From contig CAWJKH010000008.1 in the NCBI GenBank assembly GCA_963843515.1, positions 57,788-121,787 on the forward strand: 64,000 bases of DNA, written 5' to 3'. Shown one piece after another: positions 43,738 through 56,245 of the stretch; the first letter of the stretch is position 1; each line of letters starts with the position of its first letter. Source of the DNA: an uncultured Actinomycetota bacterium. Its GTDB lineage: Bacteria > Actinomycetota > Thermoleophilia > RBG-16-64-13. The notes beneath the pieces are model-generated. The model made no database searches. It was not told where the DNA came from and saw only the letters and a program-made list of their open reading frames with translations. Position numbers and translations under genes: made by a program.

Positions 43738-44641
43738 CGTGGGGCCTGCTGTTGACAGGCCACTGAACGCAGGCCCGTCCCGTGGTGTGGCGGGGCTGGC
43801 CCGCTGGTGGCGGGAGTCGGTGGCCGAACCGATCCTCTCGGTGCTGTTCCCTCCCCGCTGTGTCGGTTGCGGAGATTTCGAGTCTCATCTCTGCGCTCGC
43901 TGCGAGGCGTCACTCGTCTCCATCGGGCCGGACTCCTGTCCGCGGTGCGGCGAGCCTGGGCCCCGGCCGCTCGTCGGGCGGCGCTGCGCGCACTGCATGG
44001 GGATGGACTTGGCCTATTCCGGGGCTCGCAGCGCCTACGTGCACTCGGGGGTGGCCAAGAAGTTGGTCGTGGATTTCAAGGCCGGCGGGCAGCCGGTTCT
44101 CGCGCCTCTAATGGCCTCGCTCGCGGCGCCCGCTTTTCGCGATCTGGTCGTGCGTGCCTCCGGGGGCGCCGGCCCGGTGCTGGTCACCTGGGTGCCGTCG
44201 CACCCCGCAGCGCAACGGGAGCGAGGCTACAACCAGGCGGAACTGCTCGCCCGGGCTCTGGCCGCGGGCGGGGTTACCAGGACGTGGACCGGCTCATCGT
44301 CCGGCGCGGGGGTGGCGCAGACCGCCCGACCGCCCCTCGCCGGTGGCCCGGCGCCGCTCCCCACGGCGGGGTTGACCCGCAAGCCGCGGCGGACAAAGCA
44401 TCAGAAGGCGCTGGGCAGGGCGGGCCGGCAGGGCAACCTGCGGGGTGCCTTCGTGATCGATGAAAAAGCCCTGCATTCGCTCGGCTTTGCGCCGAAGGCT
44501 CTGGTCTTGGTGGACGACGTCTTCACGACGGGGGCCACCACCCAGGAGGTGTCAGCAGCGCTCCATGCCGGCACGGGCGCGCCCGTGTACGTGTTCACGT
44601 TCTCTCGGGCGGTGGCGAGCCGGGTCGAGGGACACGACTGA
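43721..44641 (+). CDS. comF: ComF family phosphoribosyltransferase-like protein
   Basis: N-terminal double Zn-ribbon CVGCG...CARC...CPRCG...CAHC, ..RGYNQAELLAR.L, PRT motif LVLVDDVFTTGATT. Confidence 0.85.
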   Translation: MGASLDVGPAVDRPLNAGPSRGVAGLARWWRESVAEPILSVLFPPRCVGCGDFESHLCARCEASLVSIGPDSCPRCGEPGPRPLVGRRCAHCMGMDLAYSGARSAYVHSGVAKKLVVDFKAGGQPVLAPLMASLAAPAFRDLVVRASGGAGPVLVTWVPSHPAAQRERGYNQAELLARALAAGGVTRTWTGSSSGAGVAQTARPPLAGGPAPLPTAGLTRKPRRTKHQKALGRAGRQGNLRGAFVIDEKALHSLGFAPKALVLVDDVFTTGATTQEVSAALHAGTGAPVYVFTFSRAVASRVEGHD

Positions 44642-44745
44642 GCGAAGAAGGGCCCGGAGAGGCGCGGTTAACGGAGACTCCACAACGGGGAAGCTATAAT
44701 GATCCGTGTGACCTCATCGAAGACTAGGCAAGGAGCAGGACCGGC

Positions 44746-45313
44746 GTGAACCTCACGGTCAAAGGCAGGAATCTCGTTCTTACCGAGGCGATCAGCGCCT
44801 ACGCCGCCGAGAAGATCGGCAGGCTTGGCAAGTACCTGGCCGATGGAACCCGGTGTGAGGTGGAGATCTGGACGGAAAAGAACCCGAGCATCTCCGACAA
44901 CCAGGTGGTCGAGGCGACCATCTTCACCAGAGGGCCGGTCATCCGGGCGCGCGAGGCGTCGCCGGATATCCGGGCGTCCATCGACCTGGTGTTCGACAAG
45001 CTGGAGCGGCAGGTCAAGAAGTACCGCCGGAAGCTGGTCAACGCACCAGGGGCGGCCAGCCAAGGAGACTTTTGCCGCCGAGGGATTCGCCCTGCCGGCT
45101 GAGGACGAGGCGGCGGAGGAAGAGCCGCAGCCCCCTCGTATCGTCAAGATCAAGCAGTTCATGGTCAAGCCCATGACGCCGGAAGAAGCCGCTCTGCAAC
45201 TCGAATTGGTCGGGCACGACTTCTTCGTGTTCACCAACTCCGAGACCAACGAGACCGCCGTGGTCTACCGGCGTCGGGACGGCAACTACGGGCTGATCGA
45301 AGCACAGACCTGA
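44746..45313 (+). pseudogene. hpf: long-form ribosome hibernation promoting factor; the frame as assembled is broken by a 1-nt insertion at about 45043
   Basis: The N-terminal S30AE domain ([23 protein letters not shown]...) is in ORF 44746..45102. The C-terminal dimerisation domain ([54 protein letters not shown]) is in ORF 44825..45313. Confidence 0.88.
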
Positions 45314-45401
45314 GAGGGAACCCTTGGGTGACGGGCCGGCCGGGGGCGATGCCTCGGGGACCCAGTTCTTCCGCGGCCACTAGCAGCGGGCGTGATGATT
45401 C

Positions 45402-48037
<2,636 letters not shown>

Positions 48038-48159
48038 GCGGGGGCGAGCCCCGTGGCTCTGGGCCGGAGCGTTCGCAGGCCGTCCAAGCGCGGCTCGCTG
48101 CTCCCTCCTGGCGCTCCGGCGGGCCGGCGCTGTCCCCGTAGGTTATAATCCCCCCGCAT

Positions 48160-49322
48160 ATGGCTGAGAAGACAGAGAGCAAGACCCCCTCCCTGGCCGA
48201 GTACCGCGAGCTTCTAGGCGTCTTCCGCGAGAAGCTCCTGTGGGCAAGGGAGTACCTTTGACCCCGCAGCGTTGCGCCGCGACATAGCCTCCCTCGAGGA
48301 GGTCATGCGCGCTCCCGATTTCTGGGACGACCAGAACCACGCTCAGGAGTTGAGCACCCGCTACAGTCGTCTGCGCAGCCGTCTGGAGCACTATGAGCAG
48401 CTCGCCTCCCAGGTGGACGACCTGGAGGTGCTCCTCGACATGGCGACGGAGGACACCGGTGGCGAGGCCGTCCCCGACGAGCTGGCCGAGGAGGTCGAGC
48501 GGGTGTGCCGCCGACGTCGGCCGCGTCCTGGAAGCTCTGGAGGAGCAGCGGCTGTTCACCGGGGAGTTCGACGCGGGTGATGCCATCGTCAGCATCCATC
48601 CCGGGGCGGGCGGTACGGAGAGTCAGGACTGGGCCGAGATGCTTCTGCGCATGTACCTGCGCTGGGCCGAGAAGCGGGGCTTCAAGGTGGAGCTGAACGA
48701 AGCCAGCGAAGGCGACGAGGCCGGCATCAAGAGTGTCACCTTCACCATGCACGGCGAGAATGCCTACGGGCTGATGTCCACCGAGCGGGGGGTGCACAGG
48801 CTGGTGCGCATCTCGCCCTTCGACTCGGCCAGTCGGCGGCACACCTCCTTCGCGTCGGTGGACGTGACCCCGCTCATCGAGGGCGATATCGACTTGGAGA
48901 TAGACGAGAAGGACCTGCGGGTGGAGACCTACCGCTCCTCCGGGGCCGGCGGGCAGCACGTCAACAAGACCGACTCGGCCGTGCGTATCACCCACATTCC
49001 CACTAAGACCGTGGTGCAGTGCCAGAACGAGCGGTCGCAGATCCAGAACCGCGAGACGGCGATGCGCATGCTCCGTGGCAAGCTGCTCCTTCTGGAGCAC
49101 GAGAAGCGCGAGCAAGAACTCGCCAGGGAGAAGGGCGAGCAGAAGGAGATAGCCTGGGGAAGCCAGATCCGCTCCTATGTGCTGGCTCCCTACACGCTGG
49201 TGAAGGACCACCGGACCAATTTCGAAAAAGGTAACGTCGAAGCGGTACTCGACGGGGCCATCGACGATTTCATCCGAGAGTACGTGTGGCAGCGGTCCAC
49301 CGGCAGACTGGGAGGTCGGTGA
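48160..49322 (+). pseudogene. prfB: peptide chain release factor 2: canonical programmed +1 frameshift at codon 34, plus an additional unprogrammed 1-nt insertion at about 48506 as assembled
   Basis: Frame 0 gives MAEKTESKTPSLAEYRELLGVFREKLLWAREYL-stop. The +1 frame runs to ...EEVERV, then the third frame carries [13 protein letters not shown]...[11 protein letters not shown]...SPF motif region...GGQ ([22 protein letters not shown]). Confidence 0.9.
48244..48262 (+). promoter_or_regulatory. prfB programmed +1 ribosomal frameshift site
   Basis: GCA AGG GAG TAC CTT TGA C: an internal SD-like AGGGAG, 3-nt spacing, and the slippery CTT followed by in-frame TGA C. This mirrors the E. coli AGGGGGUAUCUUUGAC site. 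The RF2 sequence continues in the +1 frame (DPAALRRDIASLEE...). Confidence 0.9.
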
Positions 49323-49391
49323 GCGGGAGGTATCCGCCCGGTCTCGAAGAATAGTTGGGGGGTGTCCCCGGAAGGAAGTAGCAGGTAGCAC

Positions 49392-50075
49392 GTGATCAAG
49401 TTCGAAGACGTAACGAAGATATATCCTCCGAGTACCGTCGGGTTGGAGCGTGTCAGCCTCCACATCGAGAAGGGCGAGTTCGCCTTTCTGGTGGGGCCGT
49501 CGGGCTCGGGCAAGTCCACCTTCATCCGTCTGCTCATCAGAGAACTGGAGCCCGACCGCGGCCGGGTGAGCGTCGGCGGGCGGGACCTCGCCACCCTTCG
49601 AAGTTGGAAGATCCCCTATCTGCGGCGCAATATCGGCTGCGTCTTTCAGGACTTCAAGCTGCTTCCCAACAAGACCGCGTTCGAGAACGTCATGTACGCC
49701 CTGGTGGTCACCGGCAGCGCCAATCATGACTCTAAGAAGAAGGCAGCCGAGATCCTGGCCCTGGTGGGACTTGGCGAAAAGGTCGAGAGCTTTCCCAACC
49801 AGCTCTCGGGTGGGGAGCAGCAACGGGTCTCCATCGCTCGGGCGTTCGTGAATCATCCGCCGTTGCTCATCGCCGACGAGCCCACGGGGAACCTCGACCC
49901 CGAGACCTCCATGGGCATCATGCAGTTGCTCTACCGCATCAACAAGACAGGGACCACGGTCCTCATGGCCACTCACGACCGCGAGATGGTCGACCGCATG
50001 CGCCGCCGCGTGATCGCGCTGGAAGCGGGTAAAGTGGTTCGCGACCAGAAGCGAGGCGGCTATGGGGAGGATTAG
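49392..50075 (+). CDS. ftsE: cell division ATP-binding protein FtsE
   Basis: Walker [19 protein letters not shown], Walker [13 protein letters not shown]. Followed by ftsX. Confidence 0.94.
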   Translation: MIKFEDVTKIYPPSTVGLERVSLHIEKGEFAFLVGPSGSGKSTFIRLLIRELEPDRGRVSVGGRDLATLRSWKIPYLRRNIGCVFQDFKLLPNKTAFENVMYALVVTGSANHDSKKKAAEILALVGLGEKVESFPNQLSGGEQQRVSIARAFVNHPPLLIADEPTGNLDPETSMGIMQLLYRINKTGTTVLMATHDREMVDRMRRRVIALEAGKVVRDQKRGGYGED

Positions 50076-50946
50076 CTTCTTCTTGAAAGAGGCCTTCGGG
50101 TCTCTGCGCAGGAACTACTTCATGACCATCGCCGCTTTGGTGACGGTCTTTCTTTCGATGGTGGTCCTTGGCGGTGTCCTGGTGTTCGTCTACACCACCG
50201 ACGCCCTGCTCAAAGAGGTCGAGCAGAAGGTCGAGATCACCGTGTATCTCAAGACCGACCCCGACCCGACCCAGGACCAGATCGACGCTATGCAGACAGA
50301 GATCCTGGGCTGGCCTGAGGTGAAGGCCTCGGTGTTCGTCAGCAAGCAAGACGCTCTCGCCCGGCTCAGGGAGGACTTCAAAGATAACCCGGAGATCCTG
50401 GAAGGACTCACGGGTAACCCGCTGCCCGCCTCGTTCGAGGTCTCTCTGGTCGACCCGCAGTCGGTGAACGAGGTGGCGGCCCGCTTCGACGGGGAGACCA
50501 TCGTCGACGAGGTCCGCTACGGCAAGGAGATAGCCGACAAGCTCTTCACCTTCACCTCTCAGGCCCGCAACTTCCTGCTTGGCTTCATCGTGCTGCTGGG
50601 CGTGGTGGCCGTGCTCCTCATCTCCAACACCATCAGGCTTTCGATATTCGCCCGCAAGCGCGAGGTGGAGATCATGAAGCTGGTGGGGGCCACGAACTGG
50701 TTCATCCGCTGGCCGTTCGTCATCGAGGGGGTCACCGTCGGGTTCTTCGGAGCTCTTGCGGCGGTCATCGTGGTGCTGCTGCTCAACAGCCTCCTGGTAG
50801 GAAGGATCAGAGACAGCCTCACGTTCATGACCGTGCCGCTCGATGCGGTGCCGTACGTCCTGCTATCCGTTATCCTGCTGGCCGCCGGTGTGGTCATCGG
50901 CGCGGCCGGTTCGGGCATCGGGCTGCGCCGGTTCCTCAAGATCTGA
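50062..50946 (+). CDS. ftsX: cell division permease-like protein FtsX
   Basis: FtsX topology: TM1, an extracellular domain (ITVYLK...V..V..V.FVSK..AL..L), and C-terminal TM2-4 with EIMKLVGAT..FIR.PF..EG. Confidence 0.92.
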   Translation: MGRISFFLKEAFGSLRRNYFMTIAALVTVFLSMVVLGGVLVFVYTTDALLKEVEQKVEITVYLKTDPDPTQDQIDAMQTEILGWPEVKASVFVSKQDALARLREDFKDNPEILEGLTGNPLPASFEVSLVDPQSVNEVAARFDGETIVDEVRYGKEIADKLFTFTSQARNFLLGFIVLLGVVAVLLISNTIRLSIFARKREVEIMKLVGATNWFIRWPFVIEGVTVGFFGALAAVIVVLLLNSLLVGRIRDSLTFMTVPLDAVPYVLLSVILLAAGVVIGAAGSGIGLRRFLKI

Positions 50947-51053
50947 GCCCGCGTAAGGCAAGATCCGAGCGCATAAGGCGGGCATAAACCGGGTGTGAGC
51001 GGTTCCCGGCTGTCCGCGGATTGTTGGACACGGGGTAGGGTATCCTTGCACGC

Positions 51054-52430
51054 ATGCGTAGAAGCCTGAAGATACCTCTTCTGGTGCTGGGCGGCCTCAT
51101 CGCCGCCAGCATGCTGGTCCTCGGCGGGTTCATGCTCGGAGCCCGCGACGACCTGGGGACGGCGCTGCGCGGACTGTTCCCGGTCGTGGGCACTTCGCCG
51201 GCCACCGATGACTCCTATCAGCTGCAGCAAGAGGTTCTGGACAAGCTGGACTCCACGTACTACAAGGCAGTGGACGACCAGAAACTCCAGTCCGATGCGA
51301 TCGACGGCATGGTGGCTGGTCTGAGCGACCCCTACACCGTCTATTGGGACCCGGAAGAGTACGCTTCGTTCAAGCAAACCACCTCCGGTTCGTACACCGG
51401 TCTGGGGATGACGGTGGAGATGGTGGACGATCTGGTCACCGTCGTCTCCACGTTCAAGAACAGCCCGGCCGACCAGGCCGGCATCCAGGCGGGTGACATC
51501 ATCACGGCCATCGACGGCGACTCCGTGAACGGGCTGACCCTGGACGCAGTCGTCTCCAAGATGAAGGGCGGGCCCGAAGGCACTTCGGTCAGGGTCGAGA
51601 TGTATCGCCCGCCGGTACCGGTGACCACGACCATCACCACCGTTCTCGAACCCAGCGGCCCCTCCACGACCACCGCCCGAGTCGCCCGCAAGACTGATCT
51701 GTCCCAACTCCCTCCGGGCGGGCAGAAACAGGAGTACAGCCTCACCCGCAAGAACATCGAGATCCCGGTCACCGAGACCGAGATCCTCCAGGTGGGAGAC
51801 AAAAAGGTTGCCCATATCAACTTCTTCACCTTCTCGCAGGGATCGGCCGCGGCCCTCCGCCAGGCTGTCAAGAAGGCCGTCGAGGTGGACGGGGCGGAGG
51901 CCATCGTCCTCGACCTACGGGGGAACGGGGGTGGATTGCTCGACCAGGCGGTGGATGCTTCCAGCATCTTCATCCCTGAGGGGGACATCGTCAGCACGGA
52001 AGGACTCCACTCGCCCAAGCAGGTCTACAAAGCAGGGGGCGAAGCCTATCCGGATGTGCCTCTCTACGTGCTCATCGACCCCTACACGGCAAGCGCTTCC
52101 GAGATCGTTGCCGGGGCCCTGCAGGACTACAGGCGTGCCACCCTCGTGGGGGAGACCACCTTCGGCAAAGGGCTGGTGCAGAGCATAGAGCCGCTTTCGA
52201 ACGGGGGTGCGCTCAAGGCGACGACGGCCGAGTATCGGACACCCCTCGGCCGCAACATCAACAAGGTGGGCATATCCCCGGACGTCGTGGCCCCCGACGA
52301 TCCCGCCACTACCGGTCTGGATGAGGCCGTCCAAGCCGTGCTCAAGCTGATCGCCGCCGGCAGGACGGCCCCCTCCCCCGCGACGCCGACGACCGCGCCG
52401 GCTTCCACTACAACGACGACCGCTCGCTGA
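51054..52430 (+). CDS. S41 family carboxyl-terminal processing protease with PDZ domain
   Basis: Signal anchor. PDZ SPADQAGIQAGDIITAIDGDSV. Catalytic region DLRGNGGG and ASASEIVAGALQD...GETTFGKG. Confidence 0.9.
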   Translation: MRRSLKIPLLVLGGLIAASMLVLGGFMLGARDDLGTALRGLFPVVGTSPATDDSYQLQQEVLDKLDSTYYKAVDDQKLQSDAIDGMVAGLSDPYTVYWDPEEYASFKQTTSGSYTGLGMTVEMVDDLVTVVSTFKNSPADQAGIQAGDIITAIDGDSVNGLTLDAVVSKMKGGPEGTSVRVEMYRPPVPVTTTITTVLEPSGPSTTTARVARKTDLSQLPPGGQKQEYSLTRKNIEIPVTETEILQVGDKKVAHINFFTFSQGSAAALRQAVKKAVEVDGAEAIVLDLRGNGGGLLDQAVDASSIFIPEGDIVSTEGLHSPKQVYKAGGEAYPDVPLYVLIDPYTASASEIVAGALQDYRRATLVGETTFGKGLVQSIEPLSNGGALKATTAEYRTPLGRNINKVGISPDVVAPDDPATTGLDEAVQAVLKLIAAGRTAPSPATPTTAPASTTTTTAR

Positions 52431-52441
52431 CGCGGTCCGGC

Positions 52442-53293
52442 GTGTCCGGCTTCCGTCCCCGCTTCTTCGTCCCGGTCTTGGATCCTGCCGCTGCCGCGCC
52501 GAAGACCGGAAGTCTGGTGACTCTTGACGCCGAAGACTCCCATCACGGCCTCAAGGTGCTCCGCCTGCGCCCCGGGGACGAGTGCGAGGTCGTGGTCGGG
52601 GCCGCCGTTTACGCGGCCACGGTGATCGACGCGACCGGCGGGGGTGGGGTCGCCCCGGGTTTGTCGGTGCGGCTGGAGGAACAGCTCGAGGGAGCCGCCG
52701 CCGGCGCCGTGTACCGTTTCCCGGTAGTCCTCGTTCAGGCGCTCACCCGGCCTTCGGCGCTCGATTGGTCCGTCGAGAAGAGCATCGAAGCGGGCGCCAG
52801 CCTGATCGTGCTGGTCCGCACTGCCGGCTCGCCCCGAGAAGCGGGCGGAGACTGGTCGGGGCGGCTGGAACGCTGGGCGCGCATCGCCCGGGAGGCGGCC
52901 AAGCAGAGCAAGCAGCCGGCGGTGCCCGCGGTCGAGTTGGCGGGGTCGTTCGCCGCCGCCCTGGAGCGGACCGGCCTATTGGGGGTGACGCCCATCCTGC
53001 TCCAGCCGGGAGCGCAGCAGACCCTGTACGAAGTGACCGCCGCGGGCACGAGGGTGGCCACAGGGGCGTCGGGCGCAGAGGCCGGTGCGTCGGAGGGCTC
53101 GGCGAGTCGCACGGGCGCGGGCCCCGGGGTGGCGCTATGGATAGGCCCTGAAGGCGGCTGGAGCGATGAGGAACGGGAGACTCTTCTCCGGGCCGGTCTG
53201 GTGGTCGCCAGGCTGGGCCGAGGGGTACTCCGGACCGAGACCGCCGGCCCCGTGGCGGCGGCTGTGGCGAGGCTTGCGCTGGGGGATTGGTAG
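52442..53293 (+). CDS. rsmE: 16S rRNA (uracil1498-N3)-methyltransferase RsmE with Gly/Ala-rich insertions
   Basis: RFFVP...HHGLKVLRLRPGDE..VV, ...L.QAL.....LDW.VEK..E.GA, C-terminal GPEGGWSDEE......G......LG..VLR.ETA. Confidence 0.88.
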   Translation: MSGFRPRFFVPVLDPAAAAPKTGSLVTLDAEDSHHGLKVLRLRPGDECEVVVGAAVYAATVIDATGGGGVAPGLSVRLEEQLEGAAAGAVYRFPVVLVQALTRPSALDWSVEKSIEAGASLIVLVRTAGSPREAGGDWSGRLERWARIAREAAKQSKQPAVPAVELAGSFAAALERTGLLGVTPILLQPGAQQTLYEVTAAGTRVATGASGAEAGASEGSASRTGAGPGVALWIGPEGGWSDEERETLLRAGLVVARLGRGVLRTETAGPVAAAVARLALGDW

Positions 53294-53484
53294 TATAACT
53301 CTTGCTCATTCGACCACATCCGGGGAGCGGTGAACAGGAAATAGGGCAGTGTCTGCTTGAACACGGGCTGGGGTGTGACCTGTCCATGTTGACGCCAGCG
53401 AAGCTCGATGGGAAGGTCCTTGTCTGGCTCATTCCGACCCCTTCACCTCAAGTTGACGAACCAGACGAGGCCGTCGAGAAGAGG

Positions 53485-54123
53485 TCAGCTCTGACTCTCC
53501 GGGCGCGCCGGCGTGTTCGGCCGGAAGGAATCAAGAATGCGCTTCAGGGTACGGTTGAAAGTGCCGCCCTCGATGAACTCTTCAGCTCCCAACATCAGGG
53601 CGATGTCCTGTGTCCAGGCAATCATCAGCATGGTCCAGGCGACGTCTCCCGAGTCGATGTCGGGCCGGATCGTGCCTTGCTGCTTGCCTTCCTCCGCAAG
53701 CTCGACAAAAGCCTGGTACATCATGATCCTTGGCAGGGTCATCTGGTCGGCCAGGTTTGCGTGCTGAGAGAAGGAGAGTGCCTGGAAGAACGCCCGTGGC
53801 AGAGTACTCAGATGATCCCTAATCCAGGCGGGATGCGTGTCGCCCAGCTCTTCCAACCGTCGCAGCACGTCGGATTCAGCAGAAGTATCGAGCCAGCTCA
53901 AAGCTATTTGGCTTGCAGCAGCGTTTGCCGCGTTCAGAATCGCCTCTCGATTCTCAAAATGGCGGTAGAGCGCTCCGGGAGTAAGCCCCGCCGCTTCCGC
54001 GATGCGGGAGACAGTCGCCCCCTCCAGGCCGTATTCGCCCAGCACTGTGAGAGCCGCGTTCACAATCTCTTCCCGGCGCTCGGCCCGGCTCTTCCTTACG
54101 TGTCTCTTCACATAACTAGCCAT
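53485..54123 (-). CDS. TetR/AcrR family transcriptional regulator
   Basis: ATG 54123 gives MASYVKRHVRKSRAERREEIVNAALTVLGEYGLEGATVSRIAEAAGLTPGALYRHFENREAIL (HTH). The track ORF extension to 54264 runs into the AT-rich promoter region. Confidence 0.88.
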   Translation of the reverse strand: MASYVKRHVRKSRAERREEIVNAALTVLGEYGLEGATVSRIAEAAGLTPGALYRHFENREAILNAANAAASQIALSWLDTSAESDVLRRLEELGDTHPAWIRDHLSTLPRAFFQALSFSQHANLADQMTLPRIMMYQAFVELAEEGKQQGTIRPDIDSGDVAWTMLMIAWTQDIALMLGAEEFIEGGTFNRTLKRILDSFRPNTPARPESQS

Positions 54124-54195
54124 AGCGACCGGCTTGTCCGAGTTCCTCCCCTGCAGTGTATTTGCCACCGGCACGGAGGACCGGCGACGTTCCTC

Positions 54196-54265
54196 TTGAC
54201 AGCATACCGCACCGGAGGCTAACTTAGTGAACGAAGTTTTACGAAAATATTGGTTTACTTTCACT
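54196..54265. promoter_or_regulatory. divergent promoter / operator region between TetR and the liv-type transporter
   Basis: TTGACA (54196-54201), 17-18 nt, CTAACT/TAACTT. Followed by an unusually AT-rich segment bounded by inverted AGTGAA (54226) ... TTCACT (54260), with internal GTTTTAC / GTTTAC repeats. Confidence 0.45.
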
Positions 54266-54320
54266 GCCTCAACTGCCTGGGCGTGAGACCCGGGCGGCCT
54301 GCGTGAGGTTCTTGTAGGGG

Positions 54321-55205
54321 GTGATCGTGGTCAAGTGGGTCCAGTTGCTGGTGACCGGCGTAACCGTCGGTAGCATCTACTCGCTGATCGCTCTGGGCTA
54401 CGTCACCATCTACCGGACGTCCCGTATCGTCAACATGGCTCAGGGCGCCTTCGTCATGTTCGGCGCCCTCCTCACCTTCTCGTTTCTGAGCGAGGTCGGT
54501 CTTCCCTACTGGCTTTCCGCGATCCTTGCGATCGTTGCTGTCGCGTGCCTCGGCATGGCCATGTACCTACTGGTCCTGAGGCCGCTCATCAAGGTCTCCC
54601 TCGTGTCCATCATCCTGGCCACCATGGCCCTCAGCATCCTGTTCGAGAACGTAGCCCTGCTGCACTACGGCGGATATGGGAAGAGCGTCCCGGCTTTCAC
54701 CGGCGACAAGGCCATATTCATAGGGGGGGTCGCCGTTTTTCGCCAGAGCCTCTGGGTCATCGGGCTCATGGTCGTGGTGCTTATCGGGCTCTACGCGCTG
54801 ACCAACTTGACTCGCGTCGGCAAGAAGATGACGGCGACGGCCAACGATCCAGGGGCGGCCAGTCTCTCCGGGGTCAACACCGGACGCATGATCCTCCTCG
54901 CCTTTGCGATATCGGCCGCTATCGGAGCCTTGGGCGGCATCGCCATCACGCCGATCCAATCGACCTCCTATCTCTCCGGAGGGATCTACGCTCTTAGCGG
55001 GTTCGTGGCTGCGATCCTCGGGGGCTGGGGATCGAGTGCCGGCGCGGTCGTGGGCGGGCTTGCCCTCGGTCTTATCCAGTCCCTGGTGACCGGCGTCCTG
55101 CCCGCCGGCTATCAGGATGCGGTCGCTTACGCGGTCCTTATCCTGGTCTTGTACTTCAGGCCGGCCGGACTACTCGGCGCTTCGACGTCCGAAGGCGAGG
55201 CGTGA
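54321..55205 (+). CDS. livH: branched-chain amino acid-type ABC transporter permease (LivH family)
   Basis: LVTGVTVGSIYSLIALGYVTIYRTSRIVNMAQGAF...TANDP.AASL.GVN....I...FA.SAA.GALGG. Confidence 0.9.
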   Translation: MIVVKWVQLLVTGVTVGSIYSLIALGYVTIYRTSRIVNMAQGAFVMFGALLTFSFLSEVGLPYWLSAILAIVAVACLGMAMYLLVLRPLIKVSLVSIILATMALSILFENVALLHYGGYGKSVPAFTGDKAIFIGGVAVFRQSLWVIGLMVVVLIGLYALTNLTRVGKKMTATANDPGAASLSGVNTGRMILLAFAISAAIGALGGIAITPIQSTSYLSGGIYALSGFVAAILGGWGSSAGAVVGGLALGLIQSLVTGVLPAGYQDAVAYAVLILVLYFRPAGLLGASTSEGEA

Positions 55206-56225
55206 TGCAGCGACCGGAAGTGCCCGCCGTCGCGTCTCGCCGCTTCTCCTGGGGTCAGCGAGGAGGGATCTTCTTCAAGGCGCTTCTCGTCCTCGCCCTG
55301 ATCCTGTGGCCGGTCCTCTACCACAGCAACTACGCCACGAGGATCATGACCACCGGCGGCCTGTTCGCCATTCTCACGGTGGCGGTGGTCATCATATTGG
55401 GGCAGGCCGGCCAACTCTCTTTCGGGCACTCAGCCTTCTACGGGATGGGGGCCTACACCGCCGCCCTTCTTGTCATGAAGGCGTCGTTTCCGACCTTCCC
55501 GGCCCTCATCATCGGCGCGGTGGTACCGGGCGTGATCGCCCTCATCGTGGGGAGACCGGTGCTCAAGCTGCGCTACTTCTACCTGGCTCTGGCGACGATA
55601 GGGCTGGGACAGATCTTCCTGGTCCTGGTGACCCAGCTCCGGACCGTCACCGGCTCGAGAGGGGGGGCTGGCTCCCATCCCGACCCTTTCCGTCTTCGGT
55701 TTCGACTTCAACAGCAACCTGCGCCAGTACTACCTCATCTGGGTGGTCGCCGTCGTCGTCGTCTTGTTCGTCAACCGTGCGCTCAAGTACCGGATGGGCA
55801 GGGCGCTGCGCGGTCTGGCGACCAGTGAGATCGCCTCCTCCACGCTGGGGATGCGGACCGCCAACTGGAAGCTTCTCGCTTTCGTCACGAGTGCCGTGAT
55901 TTGCGGTCTGGCCGGCGGTCTGTATGCGTTTGTCACCATGGCGATCACCCCGGCCTCCTTCACCTTCACGACCGCCATCCTTCCTATCGTCATGATGATC
56001 GTTGGAGGGGGGTCGGTATGGGGCGCGGTGGTAGGCGCGATCTTGATGACATGGGTCATCAACGGGTTCACGAACGTGCAGCAGTACAGCGGGGTGATCT
56101 ACGCCGTCATCATGATCCTGCTCCTGATATTCCTGCCGGCCGGGTTGGCCCTGGGCCCGATCAGCGGGCCCGGCTCAAGGCGTTCTTCCGGAGGGAGAGA
56201 CTGCGGGAGCCGGTCGAGTGTCTAG
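55202..56225 (+). pseudogene. livM: LivM-family ABC permease; the frame as assembled shifts in a G7 homopolymer (55661-55667)
   Basis: The N-terminal part is ORF 55202..55828 (LGQAGQLSFGHSAFYGMGAYTAA). It continues in the frame of ORF 55743..56225 (PIPTLSVFGFDFNSNLRQYYLIW...RALRGLATSEIASSTLGMRT...). The C-terminal end is uncertain. Confidence 0.85.
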
Positions 56226-56245
56226 CGGCGGCCGAAGCGGACCAG

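Noticed and set aside
53302-54222. 306-aa plus-strand ORF starting just after a promoter-like TATAAC
   Set aside because: It is entirely antisense to a well-supported TetR gene and has no recognisable domain. The TTG start is only 2 nt from the -10 box, too close for a leaderless start.
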